DNA of 64,000 nt from a virus, in IMG/VR virus record IMGVR_UViG_3300042371_000472, positions 1 through 64,000 of that record; one strand, given 5' to 3'. The notes under the pieces were generated by a model. It was given only the letters and a program-made list of their open reading frames with translations, had not been told where the DNA came from and made no database searches. Shown here one piece after another: positions 1 to 8,745 of this stretch (within the stretch, counting starts at the first letter, position 1; each line of letters begins with the position of its first letter). Made by a program: the position numbers and the translations under genes.

Positions 1-137
1 GCACTGTTGGCTATTTGTCAAGGGACACTGTGGGAGCAGTGAGATGTCTCAGTTGCTCGGTTTGTACTACTTGGTCTTACAAAACCCAGTAGTGGGTGCT
101 GTCAAATGCCCAGCGTGTGGGCACTTTTTGAGGGAGG

Positions 138-185
138 TTTTAGGGGGGTTTTAGGGGGGTTTTCGGGGGGTTTTTAGGGGTTTTT
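138..185 (+). repeat. Telomere-like T4-5(A/C)G4-6 tandem repeat, ~11-bp period, G-quadruplex-capable
   Basis: TTTTAGGGGGG TTTTAGGGGGG TTTTCGGGGGG TTTTTAGGGG TTTTT read directly. Confidence 0.85.
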
Positions 186-503
186 GCCCAATATCAGTTG
201 TTTGGTTAAAAATGGCTAAAAAGCCCAATGTTTACAGGGGTTTTTGGTACACGGAGCGCGCCCTCATTTCCTCTCAGATCGCCTCTAAGGGGGGAGAATG
301 GGTGGAAGGGGCGGAAAGGGGGTAGAGGCTGTCAGAAGCGATTTAAATGGGGTGTGCCGAGGTGTTGAGGGCATTTGATACCGATATGCAGGGGATATGT
401 CATAACAATAGAATTACTGTGGATAACGCGACGCCTAGCGTCAGTCCCTACCCCTATCCCCCAAGCATCCGCCGAGCCTCCGAGGTAGTCCCAAACCTAG
501 GGA

Positions 504-625
504 TTGTTGCATTTGCAACAACTTTGAATTATACCCACACGCTGGGCTTATGCGCCCAATCACCCACGAAACCGCTCAAACATTGAGCATTTGAGCGATT
601 TGGCAAGTTGTTGCATATGCAACAA
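504..625. promoter_or_regulatory. Pair of 18-bp palindromes TTGTTGCA-NN-TGCAACAA (operator-like)
   Basis: 504-521 TTGTTGCA-TT-TGCAACAA; 608-625 TTGTTGCA-TA-TGCAACAA. Confidence 0.6.
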
Positions 626-912
626 GTGTGTGCATACGCACAAATAAGCCTGATTTCATTGATGTTTTCGCGCCCCATCCGAACAGTCATCCGTCAGGTG
701 CATAGGAGACACAGGGGGAGACAGGCGATACACAGGGGGGTATCGGTGGGGATACGGGTGGGGGTACCCCCCCCATGGTTAAGTGGGGTCGGGAAATCGG
801 GAGGGGGGTAGAGGCGACCCCCCAAGCACTGCCCAACTGCCAAATAGCCCTATTCCAACGAGGAGACCGGTTCTATGCTCAGATGGGGTACCCCTAATTC
901 GCCCAAATGTAG

Positions 913-937
913 CCCTATTCTGATATATAATTAGAAA
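913..937 (+). promoter_or_regulatory. Promoter motif CCCTATTCTGAT-TATAAT, probably leaderless
   Basis: TATAAT 926-931, 6 nt before ATG 938, no SD; motif recurs at 1361 and 2321. Confidence 0.7.
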
Positions 938-1360
938 ATGGCAGCATTCCACCACTTAAATGATCAACTGTTTATGCCAAAGAGTTGGTTGCGCTCACTA
1001 CCAGTAGACAATGAACTAGATATCGCTGATGTGGAAGATGCAGGTAGTCGCCAAATCCGAGACCCATATACAAATGAACGGCGTTACACGACACCTGAGG
1101 ATGAATTTTGGGATCGTAAGGGTAATGAGGCAATTAATAGTGGAGTATATAAAAGCGTACAGAGACATGGCATTGTAAATCCCGTAGAACTAGGTGTATC
1201 TGGTAGGACCATAGAAATCAAAAATGGGTACCACAGGGTGGCATCCGCTGATGATCACTCATTTATACCTATTACTTATACAAAAAAAGATCAAGTGGAT
1301 GGTTTACCCATACATTATAACCGTTATAATGAAAATCCTGCATATCCACGCTCTGAGTAA
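938..1360 (+). CDS. ParB/sulfiredoxin N-terminal-domain protein
   Basis: SVQRHGIVNPVEL...IKNGYHRVASA matches ParB-N G-x3-P...GxHR pattern. Confidence 0.75.
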   Translation: MAAFHHLNDQLFMPKSWLRSLPVDNELDIADVEDAGSRQIRDPYTNERRYTTPEDEFWDRKGNEAINSGVYKSVQRHGIVNPVELGVSGRTIEIKNGYHRVASADDHSFIPITYTKKDQVDGLPIHYNRYNENPAYPRSE

Positions 1361-1386
1361 CCCTATTCTGATGTAAAATAGTCAGT
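1361..1386 (+). promoter_or_regulatory. Promoter motif CCCTATTCTGAT-TAAAAT, probably leaderless
   Basis: TAAAAT 1374-1379, 7 nt before ATG 1387. Confidence 0.7.
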
Positions 1387-1857
1387 ATGGCATCTAAAAT
1401 CGTATATCACGGCACATTAAGTGAAGAACCACCCCATGAGCATGGTTATCCCTTCCACGCTGGTACCTTGGCATCTGCTGATGAACGACTAGCAGACGAA
1501 ATTCAGAACGGTGATGGCCCCTACCAAACTGGTGTCGCCAGTATCCATGCCTACGAAGTAGATGACGCCACGCCCACCTCACGCCATGTATGGGGCGACC
1601 CCCTGTTTCGTAAAACGGGTCGTGATTATGATGCACATAGGGCGGTACCCGAACATAAAGAGAACCGTATCTATCCGTATAAAAATGCTCATGAGGATCG
1701 TGGCTCCACTTCTTATGTCATCCCCAGTAATTTTGTGGGTAAGCATGTAAAACACCTCGGTGTACAGTTCCAGAGAATTGTTAACCCCTACGATGGTCGT
1801 GCTGAAGCCGTATATAACGCTATGTCCGTAATGTCTGGTGGGAGGTACAAGTCATGA
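1387..1857 (+). CDS. ADP-ribosyltransferase-like protein (ART-PolyVal-like)
   Basis: N-terminal VYHGT, FHAGT-x3-A-x2-R, C-terminal YKNAHEDRGSTSYVI. Confidence 0.6.
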   Translation: MASKIVYHGTLSEEPPHEHGYPFHAGTLASADERLADEIQNGDGPYQTGVASIHAYEVDDATPTSRHVWGDPLFRKTGRDYDAHRAVPEHKENRIYPYKNAHEDRGSTSYVIPSNFVGKHVKHLGVQFQRIVNPYDGRAEAVYNAMSVMSGGRYKS

Positions 1858-2324
1858 GAGCACACATCAGCAAACAATTCGCCAAAGTGACTAGAAATCC
1901 TGGCGATAACCCTGAACAGTTGCAGATGTTCATGCGTCCACATGAGATTTTGAACAAAATATACAGTTTTTCTGATGATTTAGGTGATGATGATGCATTA
2001 GAGCACCTTGATGACCCCAGAGGGTACCCCAACAGCCAATTACACGCCGATAAACTGGGAGAGGCTATAGATTCAGGATTACACGATGGCATTGAGACTG
2101 ATGGAATTCTGAACCATGTCGTCCTAGAGACATCCCCGCACACAAGTAAATTCCGTATGGGTAATGGTCACCACCGACTGTCAGTTGCTTTAGACCTAGA
2201 GAGTAAGGGTCATCAGGTAGATATTCCCGTGATCCATGATAATAACTTTATGTACGACACCACTGATGAGTACAAGCATATGTACGGAAGACCAAAAAAG
2301 TACTTTGGCTATAAAGAGAACTAA
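1854..2324 (+). CDS. ParB/sulfiredoxin N-terminal-domain protein
   Basis: GIETDGILNHVVL...MGNGHHRLSVA; ATGA overlap with upstream gene. Confidence 0.75.
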   Translation: MRAHISKQFAKVTRNPGDNPEQLQMFMRPHEILNKIYSFSDDLGDDDALEHLDDPRGYPNSQLHADKLGEAIDSGLHDGIETDGILNHVVLETSPHTSKFRMGNGHHRLSVALDLESKGHQVDIPVIHDNNFMYDTTDEYKHMYGRPKKYFGYKEN

Positions 2325-2367
2325 TTCTGATATATAATAGTAAGCATTACCCGATAAGGAGTTCATC

Positions 2368-2745
2368 ATGGCTATGAAAAAAGCAATCGCAAAGCGTCCA
2401 GCACACCTATCCGAACAGTTCCAGCCTAAGGGCCGTTCTGAACTAACCCGCCTGAGTGCCGCTCTTGGTGACTACTTGAATACTGAGCGGGAATACACGC
2501 ATATGGAATATGATAACGAGTATGCCAACGAAGAACCTGAGGACACTGAGGGTGAAGAAGCATTCCGCAGGGAGTACCCCATTGCAAGCCCACAGCGCCA
2601 AGATGCTGGTGCAAACATTAGTGACTCCATAGACGAGCATGATGCCGCTGATATGCTTCAGACCTACCGTCGGAATCGTGATTCAGGTCAGAACCAGCAG
2701 TCCCAACGCGAAGATATCCGTCACGCTTACAAGTACTACCGCTGA
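2368..2745 (+). CDS. Acidic hypothetical protein, paralog of 2757-3188
   Basis: AAGGAG RBS; shares KKAIAK-x-PAH-x2-EQF, GRS-x-LTR, DML-x2-YR-x-NRD, REDIR-x-AYK with next gene. Confidence 0.8.
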   Translation: MAMKKAIAKRPAHLSEQFQPKGRSELTRLSAALGDYLNTEREYTHMEYDNEYANEEPEDTEGEEAFRREYPIASPQRQDAGANISDSIDEHDAADMLQTYRRNRDSGQNQQSQREDIRHAYKYYR

Positions 2746-2756
2746 GGAGAAACATC

Positions 2757-3188
2757 ATGGCTGTTAAAAAATCAATGGCAGGAAAGATTGCCGCTGAGGC
2801 AAAGTCTGCACCGCTGAAGAAGGCAATCGCCAAGAAACCAGCGCATATGCCCGAACAGTTCCCTAACGAGAACCGTAGTTTCCGTGGTCGTTCTGACCTT
2901 ACCCGCTTCAGTCGTGTACTTGGTGGTTACTTGGAAGACTCACGGATGGATCATGCAGACCAGTATGACGAAGGTGAGGCTGAGGAAGAGTTCCGTATGT
3001 CGCACTCTATCGCCGGCCCCATGCGCCAGCGCAACAGCAAGTTCATCACTGATGAGATTGGTGAATACGACGCAGAGGATATGCTCCGCGAGTACCGCCA
3101 GAACCGTGATGCTGGCGACACGGACCAGTCGTACAGCCGTGAGGATATCCGCGAGGCTTACAAAAACCGTGCCGACTACACAGGCTGA
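2757..3188 (+). CDS. Acidic hypothetical protein, paralog of 2368-2745
   Basis: GAGGAG RBS; alignable to upstream gene over most of its length. Confidence 0.8.
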   Translation: MAVKKSMAGKIAAEAKSAPLKKAIAKKPAHMPEQFPNENRSFRGRSDLTRFSRVLGGYLEDSRMDHADQYDEGEAEEEFRMSHSIAGPMRQRNSKFITDEIGEYDAEDMLREYRQNRDAGDTDQSYSREDIREAYKNRADYTG

Positions 3189-3237
3189 TTAGGGTTACTA
3201 ATCCTTCCGCGGAGTAGTAAAAATTTGCCGCTTAATT

Positions 3238-3366
3238 ATGTCTGATGATAAATGCGATACCTCCACACAGTGTGTCTATTGCGGTGGAGAACTGCGTCCT
3301 GAGCATGCACACTATAAGTGCGTTGATTGTGGGCAGAGAGATGCCTGTTGTGAGGGCATCTACTAA
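3238..3366 (+). CDS. 42-aa zinc-ribbon mini-protein (not in ORF track)
   Basis: MSDDKCDTSTQCVYCGGELRPEHAHYKCVDCGQRDACCEGIY; two CxxC pairs. Confidence 0.7.
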   Translation: MSDDKCDTSTQCVYCGGELRPEHAHYKCVDCGQRDACCEGIY

Positions 3367-3388
3367 CTATTTAAGGTAAAATAGTTCT

Positions 3389-4300
3389 ATGGCAAAAGAC
3401 AAAAAAGAAGATGCAATTAGGTATTCGCGCATCTCTCCTGATACTCCCGGTAGTTACACTGCCCTGTCTCATGACTATGTAGGCGGTAACGAGGACATAC
3501 CAGATCGCCGTAGAAGAATTATTGATTACATGGCACATGACCGTGATGGTAACTCTCTGGTATATGCCCAAGTAGTGCAAACGCACGGTCAGACATTCAC
3601 TCGCATGACTGCTCCCGAGAGACAAGTGCGCCAGCCCCCGAACCACCTAGAGCACCTAGTCCCTCCTCACCGTAGGGTGGTAAATAACCCCCCTGGTCGC
3701 CCAATGCCTTCACCTGGTGATTTTGTGCATGTAGCGCAAACACCTATTGTTGATTTAGAACGCACAGATGCTAAATCTAAGCCAGTTCCTGGTAAAGACG
3801 ATTACTTTCATGATGGGACTAACACTCGTCCCGCAAAACCCGGTGAGCAATTAGTAATGTTTGGTATAGAGCATAAGCCTACTCGTAGACAGATAACGAG
3901 TTTATATGCCCGAGATAGTACGGCTGGCAAAATTGCGACTATGAATATCCTTGGTATGGCTGATAATGCATCTATGGATGCCCTTGGTCGTGGCTTAATG
4001 CCTGATGATAACTTGTCAGAGCATAGTTTAGGTTTAGTTAAAAAGTTACATAAAAAAGGTGCTATTCCTGAGGAAGATTTACCTGATAAATTAATTCAAG
4101 GTAACGACATGGATTTTTCTGATGCCGCACGAGTTTTAGATACCCAACATACAAGTAAATTTGACAATGGTGAACTTATTAACCTTAATCATCGCCTACC
4201 GCATGCAAAGGCTCGTATTCGCCAAATCTTAGGACGCTCAGTACCAACTCTTAATACTGAACCTAAGAACGAACAGTTACAACTGGAGGGTTTTGAATGA
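3389..4300 (+). CDS. Paralog family member 1, divergent GNAT-like fold
   Basis: LYARDSTAGKIATMNILGMA...LMPDDNLSEHSLGLVKKLHKKG; ends EQLQLEGFE; TAAAAT 6 nt upstream of ATG. Confidence 0.6.
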   Translation: MAKDKKEDAIRYSRISPDTPGSYTALSHDYVGGNEDIPDRRRRIIDYMAHDRDGNSLVYAQVVQTHGQTFTRMTAPERQVRQPPNHLEHLVPPHRRVVNNPPGRPMPSPGDFVHVAQTPIVDLERTDAKSKPVPGKDDYFHDGTNTRPAKPGEQLVMFGIEHKPTRRQITSLYARDSTAGKIATMNILGMADNASMDALGRGLMPDDNLSEHSLGLVKKLHKKGAIPEEDLPDKLIQGNDMDFSDAARVLDTQHTSKFDNGELINLNHRLPHAKARIRQILGRSVPTLNTEPKNEQLQLEGFE

Positions 4301-5049
4301 CTCGCTATTCTCGCTATATACCACCCAGTGATAAAGAGCAAGGTAGAACATCCGACTATGTACCACACGGTGACCAATATGGTGGAATGGATGATTACTT
4401 CGCACATGATGAGTCTGGTAAAGCCATTGCTATGGCTAGAATTTCCCATGATCCAGGACATACCAGTACAGTCATGGATATCTATGGCGCTAATGCAAAC
4501 ACAGGATTAGCCGAAACTACATTAATTGCTGAGGGACAAAGGGTGCATGATGATACTGCCCTTGATTGGCAAGATGGTTTAACTCGCCCCGCTCAGTCAG
4601 GGGAGCAGTTAGTAATGTTTGGAACTTACCACAGACCAGCACGATCTCAGGTGCATGAGTTATATGCCCGCGATAGTTTGTCTGGTAAGACAGCCGCTAT
4701 GAACTTGGTGGGTATGGCTGATATTGCCTCTACAACTACAACTGGTAAGCACCTAAAGCCATCAGGCAATCTTTCTCCTAATAGTAAGTCATTAGTTGAT
4801 AAGTTGCATAAATCTGGTGCTATTTCTGCTGAGGATATGCCAGGAAGGGTATTTGATAATGCTATTGACTTTAATTATGCAAATCAAATGCTTGATCGTT
4901 ACCCACATAGTAACCAGACCCCGCGCCAAGACTTAAACTCACGATTGCCTCACGCAAAGGCTCGTATTCGTCAAGCGATGGGACGATCTGCACCAAACCT
5001 TAATACAGAGCCTAAATCTGAACAACTTCAGTTGGAGGGTTTTGAATGA
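4297..5049 (+). CDS. Paralog family member 2, divergent GNAT-like fold
   Basis: LYARDSLSGKTAAMNLVGMA...LKPSGNLSPNSKSLVDKLHKSG; ends EQLQLEGFE. Confidence 0.6.
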   Translation: MTRYSRYIPPSDKEQGRTSDYVPHGDQYGGMDDYFAHDESGKAIAMARISHDPGHTSTVMDIYGANANTGLAETTLIAEGQRVHDDTALDWQDGLTRPAQSGEQLVMFGTYHRPARSQVHELYARDSLSGKTAAMNLVGMADIASTTTTGKHLKPSGNLSPNSKSLVDKLHKSGAISAEDMPGRVFDNAIDFNYANQMLDRYPHSNQTPRQDLNSRLPHAKARIRQAMGRSAPNLNTEPKSEQLQLEGFE

Positions 5050-5771
5050 CTAAATATTCATTAAAACAAAAAACTTACTCTACAGTAAATGATAAAGAAA
5101 ATCAAAAACGATTTACTTATCTTGATTATGTAGCGCACAACGATAAAGGTAAGGCAATTGCAAAATTAAATGTAACTCACGAGCCAGAGATTAATGCTAC
5201 TCAACAAACTGGTTTCTATACTGGGAAACCAGTAGCAGACATGGAGATGACACATACAGATACTCCTGTTAATGAATCTAACTGGAATAGTACCCCATAT
5301 ACCCGCCCCGCCATGTCTGGTGAACAAATGGCAATGTTTGGTTATAGGCATGTACCCGCAAAAAGAACAGCATCGGGATTTTATTCAGCAGAGGGTTTGG
5401 GCGGTAGAACTGCCGGAATGACATTACTTGGTATAGCAGATAATGCCTCTACTGAGGCAACTGGTAGAAATATTGTCCCATCAAGTAACCTTTCCCAACA
5501 TAGCGGTGGTTTGGTTGACCGATTGCATAAAAGTGGTCATATTTCTGCTGAAGATATGCCAGAAAACAGATTATCTAATACCCATAGTTTTGAGCAGTCA
5601 GACAGTTTTTTAAGACAGGAACACAAAAATCTGGTTGAAATGGCAGGTTCTAGTTACCACTTAGATGATTTATCTTCCCGAGTACCCGCCGCTCGTACCC
5701 GTATACGAGACCTACTTGGAAATGCTAAAAAGGGTGAAGAGCATAAGCAATTGAGCCTTTGGGATGACTGA
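5046..5771 (+). CDS. Paralog family member 3, divergent GNAT-like fold
   Basis: GLGGRTAGMTLLGIA...VPSSNLSQHSGGLVDRLHKSG; ends KQLSLWDD. Confidence 0.6.
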   Translation: MTKYSLKQKTYSTVNDKENQKRFTYLDYVAHNDKGKAIAKLNVTHEPEINATQQTGFYTGKPVADMEMTHTDTPVNESNWNSTPYTRPAMSGEQMAMFGYRHVPAKRTASGFYSAEGLGGRTAGMTLLGIADNASTEATGRNIVPSSNLSQHSGGLVDRLHKSGHISAEDMPENRLSNTHSFEQSDSFLRQEHKNLVEMAGSSYHLDDLSSRVPAARTRIRDLLGNAKKGEEHKQLSLWDD

Positions 5772-6402
5772 CAAAAGAATTCACCACTTCTACCACCTAT
5801 ATGCGGATGGTAACTGGCAGATGTGTGTAGTTGATCATATCCGCGCATTAGTGCAATATGGTTTGTACGAGAATCTTGCTTCATTAAATATTGGCTTTGT
5901 GGGAACACCTCAGAACATTCTTATGGCTCAGGAATACCTTACTTTAAGGGGATTGACTTATAATGTTGCCGCAACCAGCCCAGATGGATGGGAACAAGTA
6001 ACTCTTGACCCACTTTACGAAATGGCTGTCAATGAACCTGATGCATACTATGTGTACGCACATACCAAGGGTGCGGCTAACTTTGCCCCAATCAACGAAG
6101 TCTGGCGTAATGGTATGACGCGCTTTAACATTGTGAACTGGCAAAGAGCCGTAGAAGTATTAGATGAGGGTTACACCACTGCTGGTTGTCATTACTACCC
6201 CATTAACTTTGACAATCCCAATCCATTTTGGGGTGGCAACTTTTGGTGGGCGACAGGTAAGCACATCACCATGCTAGGTATCTGCGAAAAAGACCACCGC
6301 CACCGCGCTGAAGCATGGGTGGGCAGGATTAACGAAGACCCGTACTACAGACACTACGACCTATTTCCAGTTGGTATTGGAACTGTAGCGGAACCCTTTT
6401 AG
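5764..6402 (+). CDS. Putative glycosyltransferase-like protein (HTKG...WR...GNFWW family)
   Basis: YAHTKG, WRNGM, FWGGNFWWAT, RHRAEAWVG; pattern reminiscent of RgpF-like proteins. Confidence 0.5.
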   Translation: MTDKRIHHFYHLYADGNWQMCVVDHIRALVQYGLYENLASLNIGFVGTPQNILMAQEYLTLRGLTYNVAATSPDGWEQVTLDPLYEMAVNEPDAYYVYAHTKGAANFAPINEVWRNGMTRFNIVNWQRAVEVLDEGYTTAGCHYYPINFDNPNPFWGGNFWWATGKHITMLGICEKDHRHRAEAWVGRINEDPYYRHYDLFPVGIGTVAEPF

Positions 6403-6902
6403 TTCATATTAATGGCGTCAACATAGATGTCACCATGTGTGCGATCAACAATAATATCCACACACTTCCAATTGGTCTCAACAAGAGCCTTGGATAGGTC
6501 TTCTACATCCACATTGCCGTAAAACTCATCAACTGGCATACCAGGTGTACCAACTGCGGCATGGGGGGCGCGTGGGTCAGTAGCGCAAGTAACTAGGAGT
6601 GTTCCACCAGGATTAATTGCCTTTCCCAAGGTAACTAAAATCTTACGGTAATCCTCAGGAGTGACATGCTCAAACACCTCCGTGCAGAGTCCCATGTCCC
6701 ATTTACGAGTCGGCTCCCAATTTGTGGCGTCAGCCACAATGTCTACGCCTTTACCACCAATATGATCAAGAGTTACATATTTGGACTTAGGCCAGAGATC
6801 ACGGGGTGTCCCGTTAATGTTTCTGCCACCAATATCAATGATTGACTTGGGAGATATCTCTAATGACTTATTGACTAAGAATGTCCAGGCTTCTGCATGC
6901 AT
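6399..6902 (-). CDS. Class I SAM-dependent methyltransferase
   Basis: IIDIGG motif I, VDIVADA, CTEVFEH, PGGTLLVT; start reassigned to MHAEAW at 6902. Confidence 0.85.
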   Translation of the reverse strand: MHAEAWTFLVNKSLEISPKSIIDIGGRNINGTPRDLWPKSKYVTLDHIGGKGVDIVADATNWEPTRKWDMGLCTEVFEHVTPEDYRKILVTLGKAINPGGTLLVTCATDPRAPHAAVGTPGMPVDEFYGNVDVEDLSKALVETNWKCVDIIVDRTHGDIYVDAINMN

Positions 6903-6923
6903 ATACATAGTATAATCATAAAT
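6903..6923. promoter_or_regulatory. Bidirectional leaderless promoter with overlapping -10 boxes
   Basis: AGTATAAT: plus TATAAT 6911-6916 then ATG 6924; minus TATACT 6914-6909 then ATG 6902. Confidence 0.7.
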
Positions 6924-7604
6924 ATGCCGATTGAGTACCGTAGATTCCATACACCAGCACAAGACTCAGGTGGTAGGCGTTCACCCGCAAAAACTACCTA
7001 TTTTGCGTTTGACCCACATAGTAAGCGAGATTTGGGGTTAGTTCAGGTAGAGCACCACGACGACACCCAGTGGACTAAGAACGAACCATCAGATAAGAAA
7101 TACTACCCTAAGGATTACAACACAAATCCCGATGCTCGTGTTATTAGTCAGGGGCGTTTGTTCTCTGATTATGGTAAACCAGCACACCGTAAATTGTCCA
7201 TGATGGCTGGAACTATGGGTGGTAATAACACCACGGCAATGAGTCTCATGGCTCTTGCTCACCAGGACGCCACTGAGTCTGGTGTGCCGTTAATTCCTGA
7301 CCATTCTCTGACACGGGACAGCCACAGAGTTGTCCGCCATCTTGCAAAGTTTGGTGTTGTTGACAAACGCGATGTGCCAAAGCGAGCAACGGTACCACCA
7401 GGGCGAGTCACGCCCCTCTTTAGCAATTACATGCACGAGTATGATGGAACTGAAGGGGTAGAGGCAATTCACCCTGATGTTGTTCGTGAGGCGCGCAATA
7501 CATTGGTGGGTCGCGTACGACGCAGTAAGCAAGAGAAAGCGCCTAAGACTAAGCGCGGTCAACCGATTGAGGGACAGCAATCATTGTTTGGAGAGGACCA
7601 ATAA
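6924..7604 (+). CDS. Paralog family member 4, divergent GNAT-like fold
   Basis: GGNNTTAMSLMALA...LIPDHSLTRDSHRVVRHLAKFG; ends GQQSLFGEDQ; start reassigned to MPIEY. Confidence 0.55.
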   Translation: MPIEYRRFHTPAQDSGGRRSPAKTTYFAFDPHSKRDLGLVQVEHHDDTQWTKNEPSDKKYYPKDYNTNPDARVISQGRLFSDYGKPAHRKLSMMAGTMGGNNTTAMSLMALAHQDATESGVPLIPDHSLTRDSHRVVRHLAKFGVVDKRDVPKRATVPPGRVTPLFSNYMHEYDGTEGVEAIHPDVVREARNTLVGRVRRSKQEKAPKTKRGQPIEGQQSLFGEDQ

Positions 7605-7849
7605 TGAACGATATTACAAACATTAAAGCCATCAGCATGCGGATTCTGGCAGTATTTGCCGCCTCAGCACTTGGTGTGGTTGGAGCGGGCGCTATTGCAG
7701 GTGTACCATTATGGAAAGCCTGCCTCATGGCTGGTATCGGTGGTATGTCCACAGTTATTGAAGGACTTGCGCGGGCATACATTGATGATGGTAAGTTAGA
7801 CGCTGGAGAGATCAATTCAGTGTTTGACAAGATTGAAAAGACGGAGTAA
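7604..7849 (+). CDS. Small two-TM membrane protein, holin candidate
   Basis: Two hydrophobic segments, charged C-terminus (DDGKLDAGEIN). Confidence 0.5.
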   Translation: MNDITNIKAISMRILAVFAASALGVVGAGAIAGVPLWKACLMAGIGGMSTVIEGLARAYIDDGKLDAGEINSVFDKIEKTE

Positions 7850-8400
7850 TGCCTGCTCACGAGTACATTAATAAAGACCAAACGCTATTTCATGGAACCA
7901 GCGGACACAATGTAAAGAGCATCCTTCAGCACGGTATATCACCCTCAGGTGATGATGTAATCGCAGGTATTCCTGGCGCATACATGACTACTCGTGAGGT
8001 TGACGCCCGTGCATGGGGTGACCATGTTGTCACGACACAGCCAACTCGTGCATTGCGTATCTATGGGGATATCAATGACGATCCACATTTAGAGAATCAG
8101 CGACAAACCACTCAGGCGTTAAATGACTACCATGACTATGGTAAATCTGATCCTGAAGAATGGTTAGATGATCACGGTGGTCACTTTGACATGAGCCATT
8201 ATGGTACGGGTCATCAGGCAGTCCATAATTGGGCAAAATCTAATAAGAACACTGAGAATGTTGCTGACACACTCTCAAGTTGGGGTTATCATGGCAACCG
8301 CGATAGTATCGCCGCGTGGAGTCCAGATGCAGATGTCACCATCTACAATCCGGAGGAACACTTAAAAGTGACTGGAATTAACGGTCCATCTTTTATATAA
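7849..8400 (+). CDS. ADP-ribosyltransferase-like protein (H-Y type)
   Basis: LFHGTS-x5-SILQHGI...GAYMTT-x4-A-x2-W. Confidence 0.7.
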   Translation: MPAHEYINKDQTLFHGTSGHNVKSILQHGISPSGDDVIAGIPGAYMTTREVDARAWGDHVVTTQPTRALRIYGDINDDPHLENQRQTTQALNDYHDYGKSDPEEWLDDHGGHFDMSHYGTGHQAVHNWAKSNKNTENVADTLSSWGYHGNRDSIAAWSPDADVTIYNPEEHLKVTGINGPSFI

Positions 8401-8451
8401 AAAGTAACTAAAAAGTAATATAAGAAAAAACTACACAATTAGGAGAATCAC

Positions 8452-8718
8452 ATGAGTTCTAACCTTATCCGCGAGCATCTCGCAAGTATCCACGACGATC
8501 TTTTACTAATGGATGGTCTGGATGATGCCATTATCGGCACATCACAAAGAATCAATGAGCCTGTGCTCGCCGTTTATAGTTGGGAAAAGATTATTACAAT
8601 CCTGACAGAGCGCGACAATATGGACTTTGAAGACGCTGTGGAGTTTATTGAATTCAATATCCTTGGCTCTTGGGTCGGAGAAAATACCCCAATTGTTGTC
8701 ATGCCTCTTGACTGGTAG
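8452..8718 (+). CDS. Conserved phage hypothetical protein
   Basis: AGGAG RBS; DGLDDAIIG...EDAVEFIEFNILGSWVGENTP pattern familiar from aquatic phages. Confidence 0.75.
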   Translation: MSSNLIREHLASIHDDLLLMDGLDDAIIGTSQRINEPVLAVYSWEKIITILTERDNMDFEDAVEFIEFNILGSWVGENTPIVVMPLDW

Positions 8719-8745
8719 AATAATCTCCAAAGTATTGGAGGCTAT

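Noticed and set aside
347-811. ORFs 347-586 and 608-811
   Set aside because: No RBS, low-complexity and palindrome-rich sequence; probably non-coding
938-2324. Plasmid-like ParABS partition system
   Set aside because: No ParA, no HTH after the ParB-N domains, no parS identified
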